From Antedon mediterranea (taxonomy: Eukaryota; Animalia; Echinodermata), in assembly GCF_964355755.1 (NCBI RefSeq), contig NC_092679.1, forward strand, positions 17,529,432-17,593,431: DNA of 64,000 nucleotides. The letters run 5' to 3'. Both the position numbers and the translations under genes were made by a program. The notes under the pieces were generated by a model that worked only from the letters and a program-made list of their open reading frames with translations, ran no database searches and was not told the DNA's origin. This document shows, one piece after another, positions 1 to 12,895 of the stretch. Numbering within the stretch: position 1 is the stretch's first letter; the number at the start of each line of letters is the position of its first letter.

Positions 1-166
1 ATGCGATGGAATTATTTTAGTGGCTTTCCTAAATAATCTTCATGGAAGCCTACTGTATGTGAGAAGTATATTCAGTTGTAGCCTTAGTATTTTTGAATAA
101 ATTCTGTATTATTTTGTAAAAGCAACACATCATTTTTGTCACAATATTGTTGGCTTCAAAGTATTA

Positions 167-317
167 AGCCCTGTTTACACTATTAAACAAAAAAATGTGA
201 TGTGCCCATATATAGACGTGATGTCATATCACTACCATATTTGAGCATATCACTACCATATTTTTAGGCACATCACACTTTTTTTTGTCAAACTAGTTTG
301 ATAGTGTAGACAGAGCT
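167..317. mobile_element. Harbinger/PIF-like MITE family 1 (~150 bp)
   Basis: TIR AGC(C/T)CTGT(C/T)TACACTAT...ATAGTGTAGACAGAGCT with TTA on both sides. Other copies: ~3790-3928, 7813-7950, 8915-9067, 17494-17637, 21058-21323, ~25940-26045, ~27758-27852, their duplicated counterparts, and 49318-49464. Confidence 0.8.
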
Positions 318-1026
318 TTAGATCTCACCATTATTATCACCTATTATTTTACAATCTGTTCTTGATCTTCTTTACAATGCAATATGTTTCAGTAGCTGCT
401 TATTGTGCTAAAAGTGCTTTGTGTTGTGGTATTGAAATATATGTAAAACACATTTCATATGTAGTCTTGGACATGGTTTATGTAGTGTATGGGCCTAGTT
501 GTATTTGAGGCGAAATTGGTTGGAGAATAGACACTCTGTGCCTAAATTGTTTCTACCATTTCCCAGCTCCATTTTACAACAGTAGAAGCAAATTGCCACA
601 ATTATTAGGATCAAAAGAGACGTCATCCATTCAATTATAAATAAAAATATTATTTTTCCGATTGTAAGAAATTTTTTCCACGAATAAAAAAAGTTAAACA
701 AAATGATAACAAGCCCAGTGATTTACTGGTAGTTCTAGTCTTGGTTTCACTTGAAATAGCTTTTTTCATACTGTTCACAATATTAGGATATGTTGTTTTA
801 AATTTAGAAAAACTGAAGTTGCTTTTTTTTTGTATGTGTTTGTTTCAATAGAGGTATCCAGTGTAGTTTACTAGATCATCAAAACGGCCATCCATAACCA
901 CTTCTCAAAAAACAGTCAAACAAATCACTTATTTTCATTTTGCTTTTAGCATTTTGTATATTGTTGTGGCTCATATTATTTTGATAGATACTTTTAAATC
1001 AAGTATTTTTTATCTTTAATTAATAG

Positions 1027-4000
1027 CCTCATGTTCGCATTTGGGATTCTGTAACTCTCAACACCCTCCATGTAATTGGTGTAGGCTCCTTTGACCGCGC
1101 TGTCTGCTGCGTTGGATTCTCTAAATTTGTAAGTATTTTCAATAATATCGTATACAGGTATACAATATTTTTTTCTAGCATCACTAAAAATATGTTAAAC
1201 ATTAATTATTAGTGATAAACCTTAGTATTTAAAAAAGAAATTGTTATTTCTATCAGGTTAATAGTGGACAGTAGATAGTTTAAAACATTAATAATTGTTT
1301 ATTGTTGTGACTTTTAATGCATATTTATACTTTCTCTAATTGAACCCATGACTACATCAAATATTGTTGGGACTTATTTCCTTTTTAATGTGATTATAGA
1401 TTTATTGTATCTATATATAAATTTACGTAAGAGCAATATTTGTAACTTCTAGAATCTTTACTCAATGGTATAAAACGTTGGTACATACTTTCTGTACTTA
1501 TTTTAACCACCTAATGTAACCCTGTTTAGGTAATTAGAATAAATTAAATTCAAATAATTTCAATTCAAATAAATGTATTTCTCAAAAAGAACAATAACTA
1601 ATATCTTGAGAAAATGATATTCCACTTTAAGCATAGCTTTAATTTTGGCCTCCAAGCAACATTATTATATGAGAACAGACGAAAAATATAATTTGTAGCA
1701 TTCTTTATAGTGTTTCACCACAGGTTTGTTGCTTATTCAACGGTATCACAGCCTTTTTTCCACAGATCACATGATCCTCCCATGGGAAACATTTCTGGAT
1801 AATTCCATGCTTATGTTAATATAGATATGAAAATATTATTAACATAACTAAGTAGATAAGAATATGTATTCCAAATCAATAATTCAAATTTATCACAAGA
1901 CTAAGTATAACTTAAAATAACAAAAGCTGGATTACAAAAACCCGATTTTTTTTTTTTATATTCACTTATCCATTTATATATCCAATTTTGTCAAAACAAA
2001 ATTCTATACACTACAGTATTGGATGAATAAGAAACGAATAAAAATCTATTAAAATATCTTTATTGAAACTAAATTGTATTGCTATATATATAAATAAATA
2101 TTGTGCTTTTAACAATAACATTCATTGTTTTTTTCAGTTGGCGGAACATGCAATAATTGTTCTTTTATCATTACATTTAAAACTATTTTGTTTTTTTACT
2201 ATGAATATGTACTTTGCAACAAGTTTCATATTCAATGTGTAATTTGTTTTTTTACCTATGAATAACTTTTTGAACACTCTAAACAAATTACCACACCATG
2301 TAGGATGGTGGTAACACATTAGTAGCAGTTGATGAAGCAAATGACCACTGTATGTCTGTGTGGGACTGGAGCCGCGAGAAGAAACTCAGCGAGAGCAAGG
2401 TAACACGTTAGAGGTCACGGACACGTCGTCTGTGTTCCTCTCTTTGTATGTTGCATGCTGCTTTGATTTAGAGTGTTGTTTTCTTTTTTTGCATTTTGCT
2501 TGATTCGTCAAGGACGAAGGTGTTTCCCTCTTAGCGTTGGATGAATCCAACGATCATGTTATGTCCGTTTGGGACTGGCGCAAGCAAAAGAAGATTTGTT
2601 CGACTAAGGCAAGTTTTGTGAACCTTTCTATTGGTTTTGGTGGCTGTGTTTTTGCAAACTTTTTCCACCTTCATCGCCTTCATCTCGAGGAAATGAGACG
2701 CTTGTTTTCAATTCCTCGTCATCTAACTCATTTCAATATCACCGTTTGATCGCACGCTAGTGGCTCGCCCACGTAGCAGCAGCTTTGCTATCTGAAGCAT
2801 GTTGCGCAATGGTCAAGTGTAGACTTCCTACCGTTAGTTGATAAATTAAAACAGTAGTGGCTGTATGAAACATTTAATGCACTTAGCTGGTTGATATTTT
2901 TACTAATCCTAGTTTTAGTCTGACCTCACGACCTCACCAGGTTATTTTTAAATGTTGACAAAAATCCTAGATTGATTCGGAATACATTTTTTCCCAGGGT
3001 GTTAAAAAGTTAAGGATGGGTAGTGGGGAAAGAAAGTACCTATAAGTCTTCAGAAGTTATTTGGATGGGTACTTATGTTGGCATTAGGCTGGGCAAAAAG
3101 CGTTATGAATAAGCTAGCCTAAGTGGAGGATTTTGAAGGAAGCTATCCCTGCTTAATGCCACCCAGCAGTATTTGATTCAAGGGTTTAATGTCTTCCAAA
3201 TATTAGTAAATATTTAATTGTTGGTTGGTATTAGAGAATTACAAATATTTCAAAAGCTGCTGGACAAAAAATGGTACTGGTATTTACATCAATGATAGAT
3301 AGTTTAATGTAGAAAAGGTGTAATTGAGTTTTAAAAAGCACTGCCTCCAAAATTATTTCCTGAAGTAACTCCTCAATTCAAAAGGAAAGAAAAGAGTTTA
3401 TGTAGTAAATTATAATAAATGTAATTTTAAATAAAGCAATGGATTCAATTGGTTTAACCAATTCGTAAAATTGTACCCATTGGCTAATTATAAATGCATG
3501 AAAATTTTGGGATGACCTGATTGGACCTACACTTGCGTCTGAACAAATGTTCTCTTTGCACATATTACTAACACTCGATGAACTATTACAAATTTATTCT
3601 ACTGCAGTACGATTTTTACAACATAATGTTACTTAAACTTTATTTCCAAATGCATATCATGAAATCTCTGGCCTCTTTAAATTAATGTGTTTGGCATGTG
3701 TTGAATTAAATGTCTTGATGTGCAAGCTTAAAACATAAGAGCCACAAATAAAAAGCTTACTTTGAGAAATAAGGTACGTTGATGTCTAAAGCCTTATGTA
3801 CACTATCAAACTAATGTGATGTGCCCATATATGGAGGACATGGTGATGTCATATTTGGGAATATCAATTCCTTATTTGGGTACATCACACTTTTTTTTTG
3901 TTAAACTAGTTTGATAGTGTCAGACAGATATGTTTGAAATTGCATGGCTTTATGCAGCTTCAAGCATTGTCTGCACTAAATGCTATATGTGTATACAATA

Positions 4001-7000
4001 TCCATACATTATTTACTGCATCAACTGATTTAATTTACTGCAGAAACTGCAATAGAATACATTTGACATAGTCATTGGTAACAATTCTTCAGTTTAGATT
4101 TGTGTACCAGTCTTTACTTCAATTCTATTTTTTTATAACATTTTTACATTTCAGATTTTCAAGAGAAACTAAACGGTTCAATATTATAAATTGATTTATA
4201 AAAAATGTTAAATTAGATTTATTTTGCTAAAAAGGTTATCAGTTCTTCAGAATGATCTAACAGTAGTTTTATTGGTTGAATATTTTTTTTATACTAATAT
4301 GATTGGCTTAGCACTTAATCTATCAATTTAACAATGATTTCATTGGATCTTTGCTTTCTGCCTATAATTTACCTAATACAAAAAGTACAAATATTTGATT
4401 ATGATTGGCTTAGCACTTAATCTATCAATTTAACAATGATTTCATTGGATCTTTCCTTTCTGCCTATAATTTACCTAATACAAAAAGTACAAATATTTGA
4501 TTATGATTGGCTTAGCACTTAATCTATCAATTTACCAATGATTTCATTGGATCTTTCCTTTCTGCCTATAATTTACCTAATACAAAAAGTACAAATATTT
4601 GATTATGATTGGCTTAGCACTTAATCTATCAATTTAACAATGATTTCATTGGATTTTTCCTTTCTGCCTATAATTTACCTAATACAAAAAGTACAAATAT
4701 TTGATTATGATTATGATTATGATTGGCTTGCTTTGATTTGAAAAAAAAAAGCTAACAACCATGTTTTCTTTGAATTATTAATATTGCTATTATAACATTG
4801 ATTAGCTTTTTGAAAATAAACACAAACAATGCACATAAATACCGGTAATCAATTTTTATTATTAAATTTTAAACGTTTAAATAGTATACAACACATTTTC
4901 ATACCAACTACAATTTTAATCTATCACTTACAATATCATATTTTAAAATTAAATTTTAAAAATAATTATAAATTCCTAGTACATAAAGATTCTTCAATTC
5001 GTTTTTTGCATAACATTTGTATACATTATATTTGGACTTTCACTTCACCAATTTTTCATTTTTCATACAAACAGTTTTTCATAATTAATCACATTATTTA
5101 ATGTTGGACTTCATAACATTAAGGTTAACATCAACTACCATCCTATATCATTTACAATATCATATTTATCTTTTTTAACATTTTAAAATATATAATATTA
5201 TATTTAAAGTAAAACAATATTTTTTACATTACATTTTTTATACATTTTGTTTATATAAACATTAGTTTACCTATTTCTATACATTAATAAACATTATTTA
5301 ATTTAGTTACAGAAAGAATTTAATTTCTATTCTTAACTATAATCCATCATTTTCCAAAAATCATTTATAAATGAAAATTCAGATTATATTACATTACTTA
5401 TAATCAATATAAAAAATGACAATTAAAAAATTCACTCATATAATTACAATTATATTTTCCATTGCTTTATTTTTTTCACAGAAATTTACTTTTTCAAACA
5501 ATATATTTCTATTCTAACACAAAATATTCAATTTTTCAATATTTATAAATTTTTTTTTACGATTACTTTGATATTTTATAAACCTTAGACCATTCAAGAG
5601 CCAGTTCTCGCTGCCGAGTTTCACCCACTTAGCTCAAACCAAATTATTACATGCGGCAAGAGTCATATCTATTTTTGGACGCTGGATGATGGAAAACTTA
5701 CTAAAAAATCTGGTATCTTTGAGGTAACCACTTTTGTTTGTATATTTGTTATGGTTTTAATTAAAAAAATTTGATAGGAATTAATTTAGTGATTGTTACC
5801 CACTTTTATAGCAATATGTAGTATATAATATGTATTTTTATTTGTCATATCTTCATCCATACTTTGCCTCAAGTGTAGTGTATGTATTGTCTGTAACCCC
5901 TTTTTGTCCCTGTATATGAACCTTGATCCACTACTATTTTTTACTCATGGTGGAACCAGTGTTAAAGCTCTTTGAGCTTATTTGGTCTCTCCACACACAA
6001 TGGCAAAATTATTTACTGCATTATGTTTATCATATTTATGAATATTGTTTTGTGCGAATAAATGAACTTGAACTTGAAGATTGTTTAATTTCTCTTTCTA
6101 GAAACATGATAAGCCAAAGTATGTTCTATGCATAGCATTTGCCGATAATGGTGATGTCATCTCTGGTGATTCCAACGGTAACATCTACATATGGGGTAAA
6201 GGTAAGTATGAAGGACAAAAACCATGTAGAGCCAACTATCCTAAGACACCTTTGGGCTGGATTAATATGTCTGGCTTACCAGAAATTCTGGTGCTACAAA
6301 TGTGTTTTTAATGTGAAAATCTGTGAACTTTTGAACATCACAGAAAATGTTGCTTTTGGAGAGTTTTCCTATTTTTAGAAAGTTAGGTATTACAAGAGTT
6401 GAGTTGTATTTATTTTGCAAGTCTTCTACTTTAATAATCTTGCATTAAGTTTTTTACAACGTATTCCTCAAAGTCAAATCAATTTTCATTATGTTTATAT
6501 ATTTATATTTTATAGTATTTCTTATACTGTGCTTATGTGTGTTATTGGTGGTACTGTTATTGGCTTTTTCTGTAGTTTATCATCAAACAACAAATTTCCA
6601 ATATTTATTTTTATATGAATTATTAGAAAATAAAAGTTTTTTAAATTTTAATTTGTGTACATGTCTACTAATTTCATGGTAAAAGGTTTCCTACTTTCTA
6701 AGAGTTTTATCAGATAATCTATATTGTTTTGACAACACTTGTAACATGACAACAGTGCTGATTTTGACATTTTTCCCCTAACTGCATACTTTATACAAAT
6801 GTCTCGTTATGTTTCTATTTATAGGCAATAGTCGTATTCAGTATGCTGTCACTGGTGGACATGAAGGCCCAATCTTTTCCTTGTGCACTCTTAAGGATGG
6901 AAGTGTTCTATCTGGTGGAGGAAAAGATCGCAAAATTAAACAGTGGGACAGAAACTACAGCTCCACAAGTGAAACAGCTGTGAGTTAATTCATAACAAGA

Positions 7001-10000
7001 ATTGTGTAACATTTTCGTGATTCGGAATCCTATGTTCCTACAGTAGAATCTTTTAATAAAGCATGGTTCCAACAAGAACCCAGCACAGTGCAATATTGAG
7101 TAATCACAATTGGTAACAGTGCTGCAAACATTGCTACAGGAAATCAAATCGGTTTGGGTTAGAAATCAAATTGGTTTGATTTTTCACAACATACACAACA
7201 TAGTAAAGCGCATAGTTAAGTATGTGGGTGAACCAGGTCAAAGTCTACAGCAACTAACGTTCTTCTAATCTTTAGAAACATTTCAAAATACTGATATGTA
7301 CTATATTTGAATTCTATTTGTCTTTGTTTTTGTGTAGATCCCAGAGGCCACTGGTCCCGTACGTGTGCTATGCCAAGGAAAAGGGGATGACATTTATGTT
7401 GGAACAACACGTAACACCATTCTACATGGGGATATTGGTGGTGACTTTGTTCCAATTGTGCAGGTAGGCTGTTGACAAAAGTATTGTTCATGGCGCGATA
7501 AATATTATAATACCCTCCATTGTTGTAACCTAAACAAACGTATATGTTCGATAGAATCGTCGGTATTTTATTAGATAACTATATTAAATTTGCTTTGTTA
7601 CTTCATTGATATACAATAAATGTATGCAGTAGCATCAATAATTTATGAAATAAATTTGTACCAATTGTAGGCACACACTGATGAACTGTGGGGAATGGCC
7701 ATTCACCCAACCCAGCCTTTGTTCCTCACCTGTGGACATGACAAGACAATTATAATGTGGGACAGTGAATCCCATCGACCATTATGGACCAAGACAATTG
7801 AGGTATGTCTCAAGCTCTGTCTACACTATCAAACTTTATTTGACAAAAACAATGTGATGAGTCCATATATGGACATGATGATGTCATATCACCACCATAT
7901 TAAGCATATCACTACCATATTTGGGCACTTTTTTTTCAAACTAGTTTGACGAATTGACAGAAAATAGCTTATGTATCCCATGTGACCATATAGTCTGTTC
8001 TCTATGTATTTGAAAGAAACTAATACAGTAATGACCTTATAGTATGTGTTAAAATTACAATATTATCTTATATATTTTGCATTTGTAGGATTCTTGCCAG
8101 TCTGCTCACTTCCATCCTTCTGGTGAGGTCTTTGCAATTGGAACCACCACAGGCCGTTGGATTGCATTTGATACACAGAGTAAAGACCTTGTCACTGTCC
8201 ACACTGATGGCAATGAGCAACATGATATTGTCCGATATTCTCCAGGTATAATTATTTGCTTTTTTGAGAGGAACTTAGTGCAGTGGTCACTGTACAGCCT
8301 AAAAATGTTATCTGTTTTTTATATTAACTATCTGTATATAATTCTTTACGCTAAACCATTTATGAATACATACGTGTGCGACGTTTTGACTTGTTTTCAA
8401 CAAATCTTCATCTGGCAATGACTAGATGTTAGTGAAACGTCACACATGTATGTATTTATGAATGGTTTAATGTAAAGAATTATATACAGATAGCCTAAAA
8501 CTTATTAGGATTGTTTGTGGTTGAAAATGGATCTATTGCCATTGTCCCTACATGCATGTAAAAATTATGTATATACTTTACATCTGCAATCACAAAGTAT
8601 ATTTTCTTGTTTGTCTTTTCAGATGGAAACTACATTGCCATCGGTTCTCACGATAATTACATTTACGTCTACGCAGTCACCGAAAATGGCCGAAAATACA
8701 GCAAAGTAGGCAAGTGTAGCGGACACTCTAGCTACGTTACCCACTTAGATTGGTCAGCTGACTCGCAATGCCTTCAGAGTAATTCTGGAGATTACGAGAT
8801 TCTTTTCTGGACAGCATCCACCTGTAAACAAATCACTTCATCTTCATCGATGAAGGACACTGAGTGGGCAACGTTTACTTGTACTCTTGGATACCCAGTC
8901 ACAGGTGAGTGTAAAGCGCTGTCTACACTATCGAACTAGTTTGACTAAAAAGTGTCATGTGCCCAAATATGGTAGCGATATGCACAAATATGGTAGTGAT
9001 GTGACATCATCATGTCCATATATGGGCACATTACACACATATAAAGTTTGATAGTGTAGACCGAGCTAAACGACTATAAATTGAGATAGATAAACTACAT
9101 TGACCTTTTTCACATCTGTACTTGTAACCAGGTTTGATCTCCTGATTTATTACATGTTTTCATACACATATGCAAACCATGAGAAATCTTGGGAGAAAGC
9201 ATAGTTGCGCGCTGTTTGATTACTGTGATTGGTCAGTTTAATACCAGGGAAATACATGCTGCGCAGTAACTCGGGACATCTCGGAACAAAAATAGGCCTT
9301 TCATCGTTTCTTTTTTACAGGGACAATTTCCTGAAAATTGTCTTCACACTGAAGGCAAGGGTAGCATCAGTTGGGGACAGCCCCATGCAGGAAATTGATT
9401 GGGGGGTGGGGGAAATGTTTAAATGATACATACGTTTAAGTAACCACAAGCATCATTTTCAGGTACTGTGTCAGTATAATGTTGGCCACCAGGCTATTTT
9501 TAGTAAAGCAGTTTAAATCTTGATATAAAGTTTGCAGTACAACATAGTAAGGACTATCTAAGTATATTGAATTGTCCCCTGTCTGGTCACAGGACCAAAT
9601 CCTGGTATCAATGATTTAAAATATTCCTGCTCCTTGCATTTTAATGCATTACTCCATCATATCATGATAATAGTGTGAGTTACAATAGCTGTTTTCATAA
9701 GAATATGTTCTTACCTTAATGGACACATTTCATTTCATGTTCACTATATTAATTTGTTATTTTGTCTTTATCAGGAATTTGGCCTGAGGGTTCTGACGGA
9801 ACAGATATCAATTCAGTAGCTCGTTCCAACAATAGCAACATTTTAGCAACTGGTGATGATTTTGGAAAGGTTAAATTGTTTAAGTACCCTTCAAATAGAC
9901 CAAAGGTAATTAATACATTCATATCCTAAAAATATTATATAGTATTAATTAGTAGTAGTTTTTCAATCTTGACACAATTGTACAATTATCAGCATTAATT

Positions 10001-10675
10001 GTATTGAGCCTATTGTATAGTATGTACTTATGCTTTTTATGTTGTTTATTTAAAGATGTATTGTCCCTTTGAATAATTAAAAAAAAATTAAAAATTAAAT
10101 ATTTGGCTACTCTGTATGCATAATCATAAAACTTCCTTGTGATCTGTGTGAAAACACATTCTCAACTGGGACGAGTTGTAAACAATCCTAATTAGCATCA
10201 TGCATAATGCATACTCATGGTTTGAAATCTTTGTTTACTTTCGCTCATGACGATTTTTCAGGCGAAATGTAATCAAATTATTTTACCTGTTACGTAAACT
10301 TTTTGTTTTTGGCTCGAATTTTCTACTTAAAGTGAATAACTTTAATATTACTTTAATATGGCCAATTTAAATTTAGAATATTTTGACCTTCATTTTTTGT
10401 GTTTCAAAGGGCAATACATCTTACAAATAATTGTATTAAACAAATGATGTTTTGCAAACAATGAATAAAAAACAGTGAACAATGGTTTTTGTGTTGTGAA
10501 AAAGTTACTCATTGTTTTGTTTTTTTCTTCTGTATTTTTTTAGTCTGCTTCTAATGCATTCTCTGGCCATAGTTCTCACGTTACATCAGTGGATTTCTTC
10601 AAAGACGACTCCAAGCTTATTTCGACAGGGGGCAAGGATATGTCATGTATTCAATGGAAGATCGAGCCATTCTAA
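1027..10675 (+). CDS. EML1: Echinoderm microtubule-associated protein-like (EMAP/EML1-4 family) WD40 protein, 3' part; 5' exons lie outside the window
   Basis: Phase-consistent exons: 1027-1128 (PHVRIWDSVTLNTLHVIG), [2304-2399 or 2513-2608], 5589-5723 (EFHP..IITCGKSHIYFW), 6102-6201 (KPKYVLC..GDSNGNIYIWGK), 6825-6979 (GHEGPIF..SGGGKDRK), 7338-7463, 7671-7802 (HTDELWG), 8089-8245 (VHTDGNEQ), 8623-8904 (GSHDN..GHSSYVTHLDWS..SNSGDYEILFW), 9775-9905 (IWPEGSDGTDIN..GDDFGKV), 10544-10675 (GHSSHV..STGGKD..QWKIEPF*). The motifs are colinear with the EML1-4 C-terminus. AATAAA at 10991. The symbol is family-level only. Confidence 0.96.
2304..2399 (+). CDS. EML1: EML alternative exon A (DGGNTLVAVDEANDHCMSVWDWSREKKLSESK)
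   Basis: TAG acceptor 2301-2303, GTAACA donor at 2400, 96 nt, phase 0-0. Fills the EML gap between FSK and the EFHP exon. Confidence 0.88.
2513..2608 (+). CDS. EML1: EML alternative exon B (DEGVSLLALDESNDHVMSVWDWRKQKKICSTK), GC donor
   Basis: Pyrimidine tract plus AAG acceptor 2510-2512, AAG|GCAAGT donor at 2609, 96 nt, phase 0-0, paralogous to exon A. Confidence 0.82.
4298..4729. repeat. 102-bp tandem repeat, ~4.2 copies
   Basis: Unit TATGATTGGCTTAGCACTTAATC...GTACAAATATTTGAT starts at 4298, 4400, 4502 and 4604; units nearly identical. Confidence 0.95.
7813..7950. mobile_element. MITE family 1 copy (right end eroded)
   Basis: Starts AGCTCTGTCTACACTATCAAAC; internal CACTACCATATTTGGGCAC. 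Confidence 0.7.
8328..8493. repeat. Inverted repeat, ~59-bp arms; possible Penelope pLTR remnant
   Basis: 8328-8386 is ~90% reverse-complementary to 8435-8493. Confidence 0.75.
8915..9067. mobile_element. MITE family 1 copy
   Basis: AGCGCTGTCTACACTATC...GATAGTGTAGACCGAGCT. Confidence 0.78.
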
Positions 10676-12259
10676 CCACATAACATGCCCCTCTGCTAGA
10701 ATCCAGCAGTCATTAGAAACAAAACCTAGAGAGGGCAGTATTTATAGTCTCAGAAGATTTAAGAATGCTTGCTTTGTTTCATGATGTTCGTTCTCAAACG
10801 CTGCCCTCTAGAGTAAAGATTTTGGTAACGCTTGTATTTAACGTAAAGTTGAATAACAAGATTTTACACTTGGTGGAGATGAATGGAATTCTTAAATGTG
10901 TTTTTGTCTGATATTTTGGCGTGTATTGTATTCTTTGCTAGGCTAACCAAATCAATACATGATTTGGTTATAAAACTATGGAGATGGTACAATAAAAATA
11001 TAAAAATAACTTTTTTTTAAATGGTGCATAGTATAAAGTTACTAATAAAATAATGAAAATATCTTTTAAATCTATAATTATAATATAATGCCAAAGTTGT
11101 ACACTTTAAAGAATTAATAACATTTCTACTAAGAACAAATTGAGCATTTTTGAACAAATTTATATTAGATAAAAGCATTTTAGATGTATTTTTTAACAAG
11201 TTTAAACAAAGAAACTATCATGCAAAAAAAACGAACAAACTATTCACCAAATAGTGATGGCGATCCGTTTCCCAAACGTATATTTCTGAACTAAAGAAAA
11301 CATGGGAAGCTTCAATTAATTTTTTTTTTACAGGGTAATTAGCAATTTAGTACAAAAACAGCTTTTAGATGTCCCTGTATAAGCTATTTCAAATTTTACC
11401 TAAAATGAATGAATTCACTAAAAAGAAAAAAAATTCAATTTATATTTTGCAAAATAATTGGCAAACTATGTTTAGTACCGTAGGATTTGTACAAGGTATC
11501 AGTAGACGATTTAAAAAAATGTATACATTTACAATTTTGTCAAATGCTTGCTTATGTTTTTATTTGGATAATTTAAAATTTATATTTATTTATGGCTAAT
11601 ATCTGACCCTTGACCCATAACAGTAAGCAACGAACAATTGTATACTTAAGTACAACAGTGTATAAAATGATACTGATTAATTATCAGAAATTGCTAAGTG
11701 ACTCGTGTAGTTAGTAAATTTTTAAGGACGATGAGTCGCATATGGTACTAGTTTACTTACATAATGCATGTTTATATAATATAGTGTTATAGATTTTCTA
11801 AAAGACAAACTGGTGATTTTTCTTTTTTTCTAGATATATATTTCAGGATATAACATTAATTAGTTTACTAGATTGTCTTTTCATACAAATGTCAACGTAC
11901 AGGAAATAATATCCTATTTGAAGCTAGAGTCTTTTGGCATGAATATAGATTTTCTCTATTCCGTAAAATGATTATAGAATAAATGCGACTACAGGCATAG
12001 CTTTTTTTATGGTGTTTATTATATTTATTAGATTATAATTTGAATATTTGTATTTAGTTTTCCATATAAATTCAGTTCCAGGTATTGATAGTGCATCGCA
12101 ATACTAATTCGTGATTATTGACTGCGAGGCTTATTCGTTTATGCCACTTATTTGATTGTGGCCTTATTAATTTGCACCGTGGTACTTGTTCTACGCTGGT
12201 GGTGCTTCTTTGTTTGTGGTACTTATAGTATCATAGAACTTTGTAAAATTCTATTGTGC

Positions 12260-12895
12260 TTGTTTGTGGCACCGGCATTTCTTCGTTTGTCGCACTTCGT
12301 AACTTTTTTGCGCTTTCAGCGGCGTTTTGTCACGCTTCTTCGTTTGCGGCGCTTCTTCCTTTGCGTCGTTCCTTAGCTTTGTTTGCGGCACTGGCGTTTT
12401 TTCGTTTGTCGCACTTCTTCGTTTATGCCTATCTTTCGTTATAGTACTTATTCCATGGTTGCGATGTTTATTTGTTGCGATTCTTTGTTTCTGGTACATA
12501 TTCGATTGCGATTCTTCGTTTGTTGCGTTTCTTCAATGAATTATATTCGTGTTTGACGCTTCTTAGGTTCGTGTCTGGTATACATATTCGATTGCGATTC
12601 TTCGTTTGTTGCGTTTCTTCAATGAATTATATTCGTGTTTGACGCTTCTTAGGTCCGTGTCTGGTATACATATTCGATTGCGATTCTTCGTTTGTTGCGT
12701 TTCTTCAATGAATTATATTCGTGTTTGACGCTTCTTAGGTCCGTTTCTGTTACTTATATTCATATTCATTTATTATCCAGAAAAATAAAAACAATAATAC
12801 AAAAAGCATAAATTACATAAAACAAAAACAAGCATAGAAAAACGCAGGACACTATCCTGGTATACATATTCGATTGCGATTCTTCGTTTGTTGCT
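12260..12895. repeat. Degenerate TTCTTCGTTTG repeats plus an 86-bp tandem repeat x3 (copy at 29022-29657)
   Basis: TTCGATTGCGATTCTTCGTTTGTTGCG at 12501, 12587 and 12673, partial at ~12869. Confidence 0.85.

Noticed and set aside
2138-2200. A third alternative EML exon after TTTTCAG
   Set aside because: The translation has no similarity to exons A/B and no suitable donor.
12501-12752. 86-bp and 102-bp (4298-4729) repeats as CRISPR-like arrays
   Set aside because: Units are contiguous and near-identical with no unique spacers; eukaryotic context, no cas genes.
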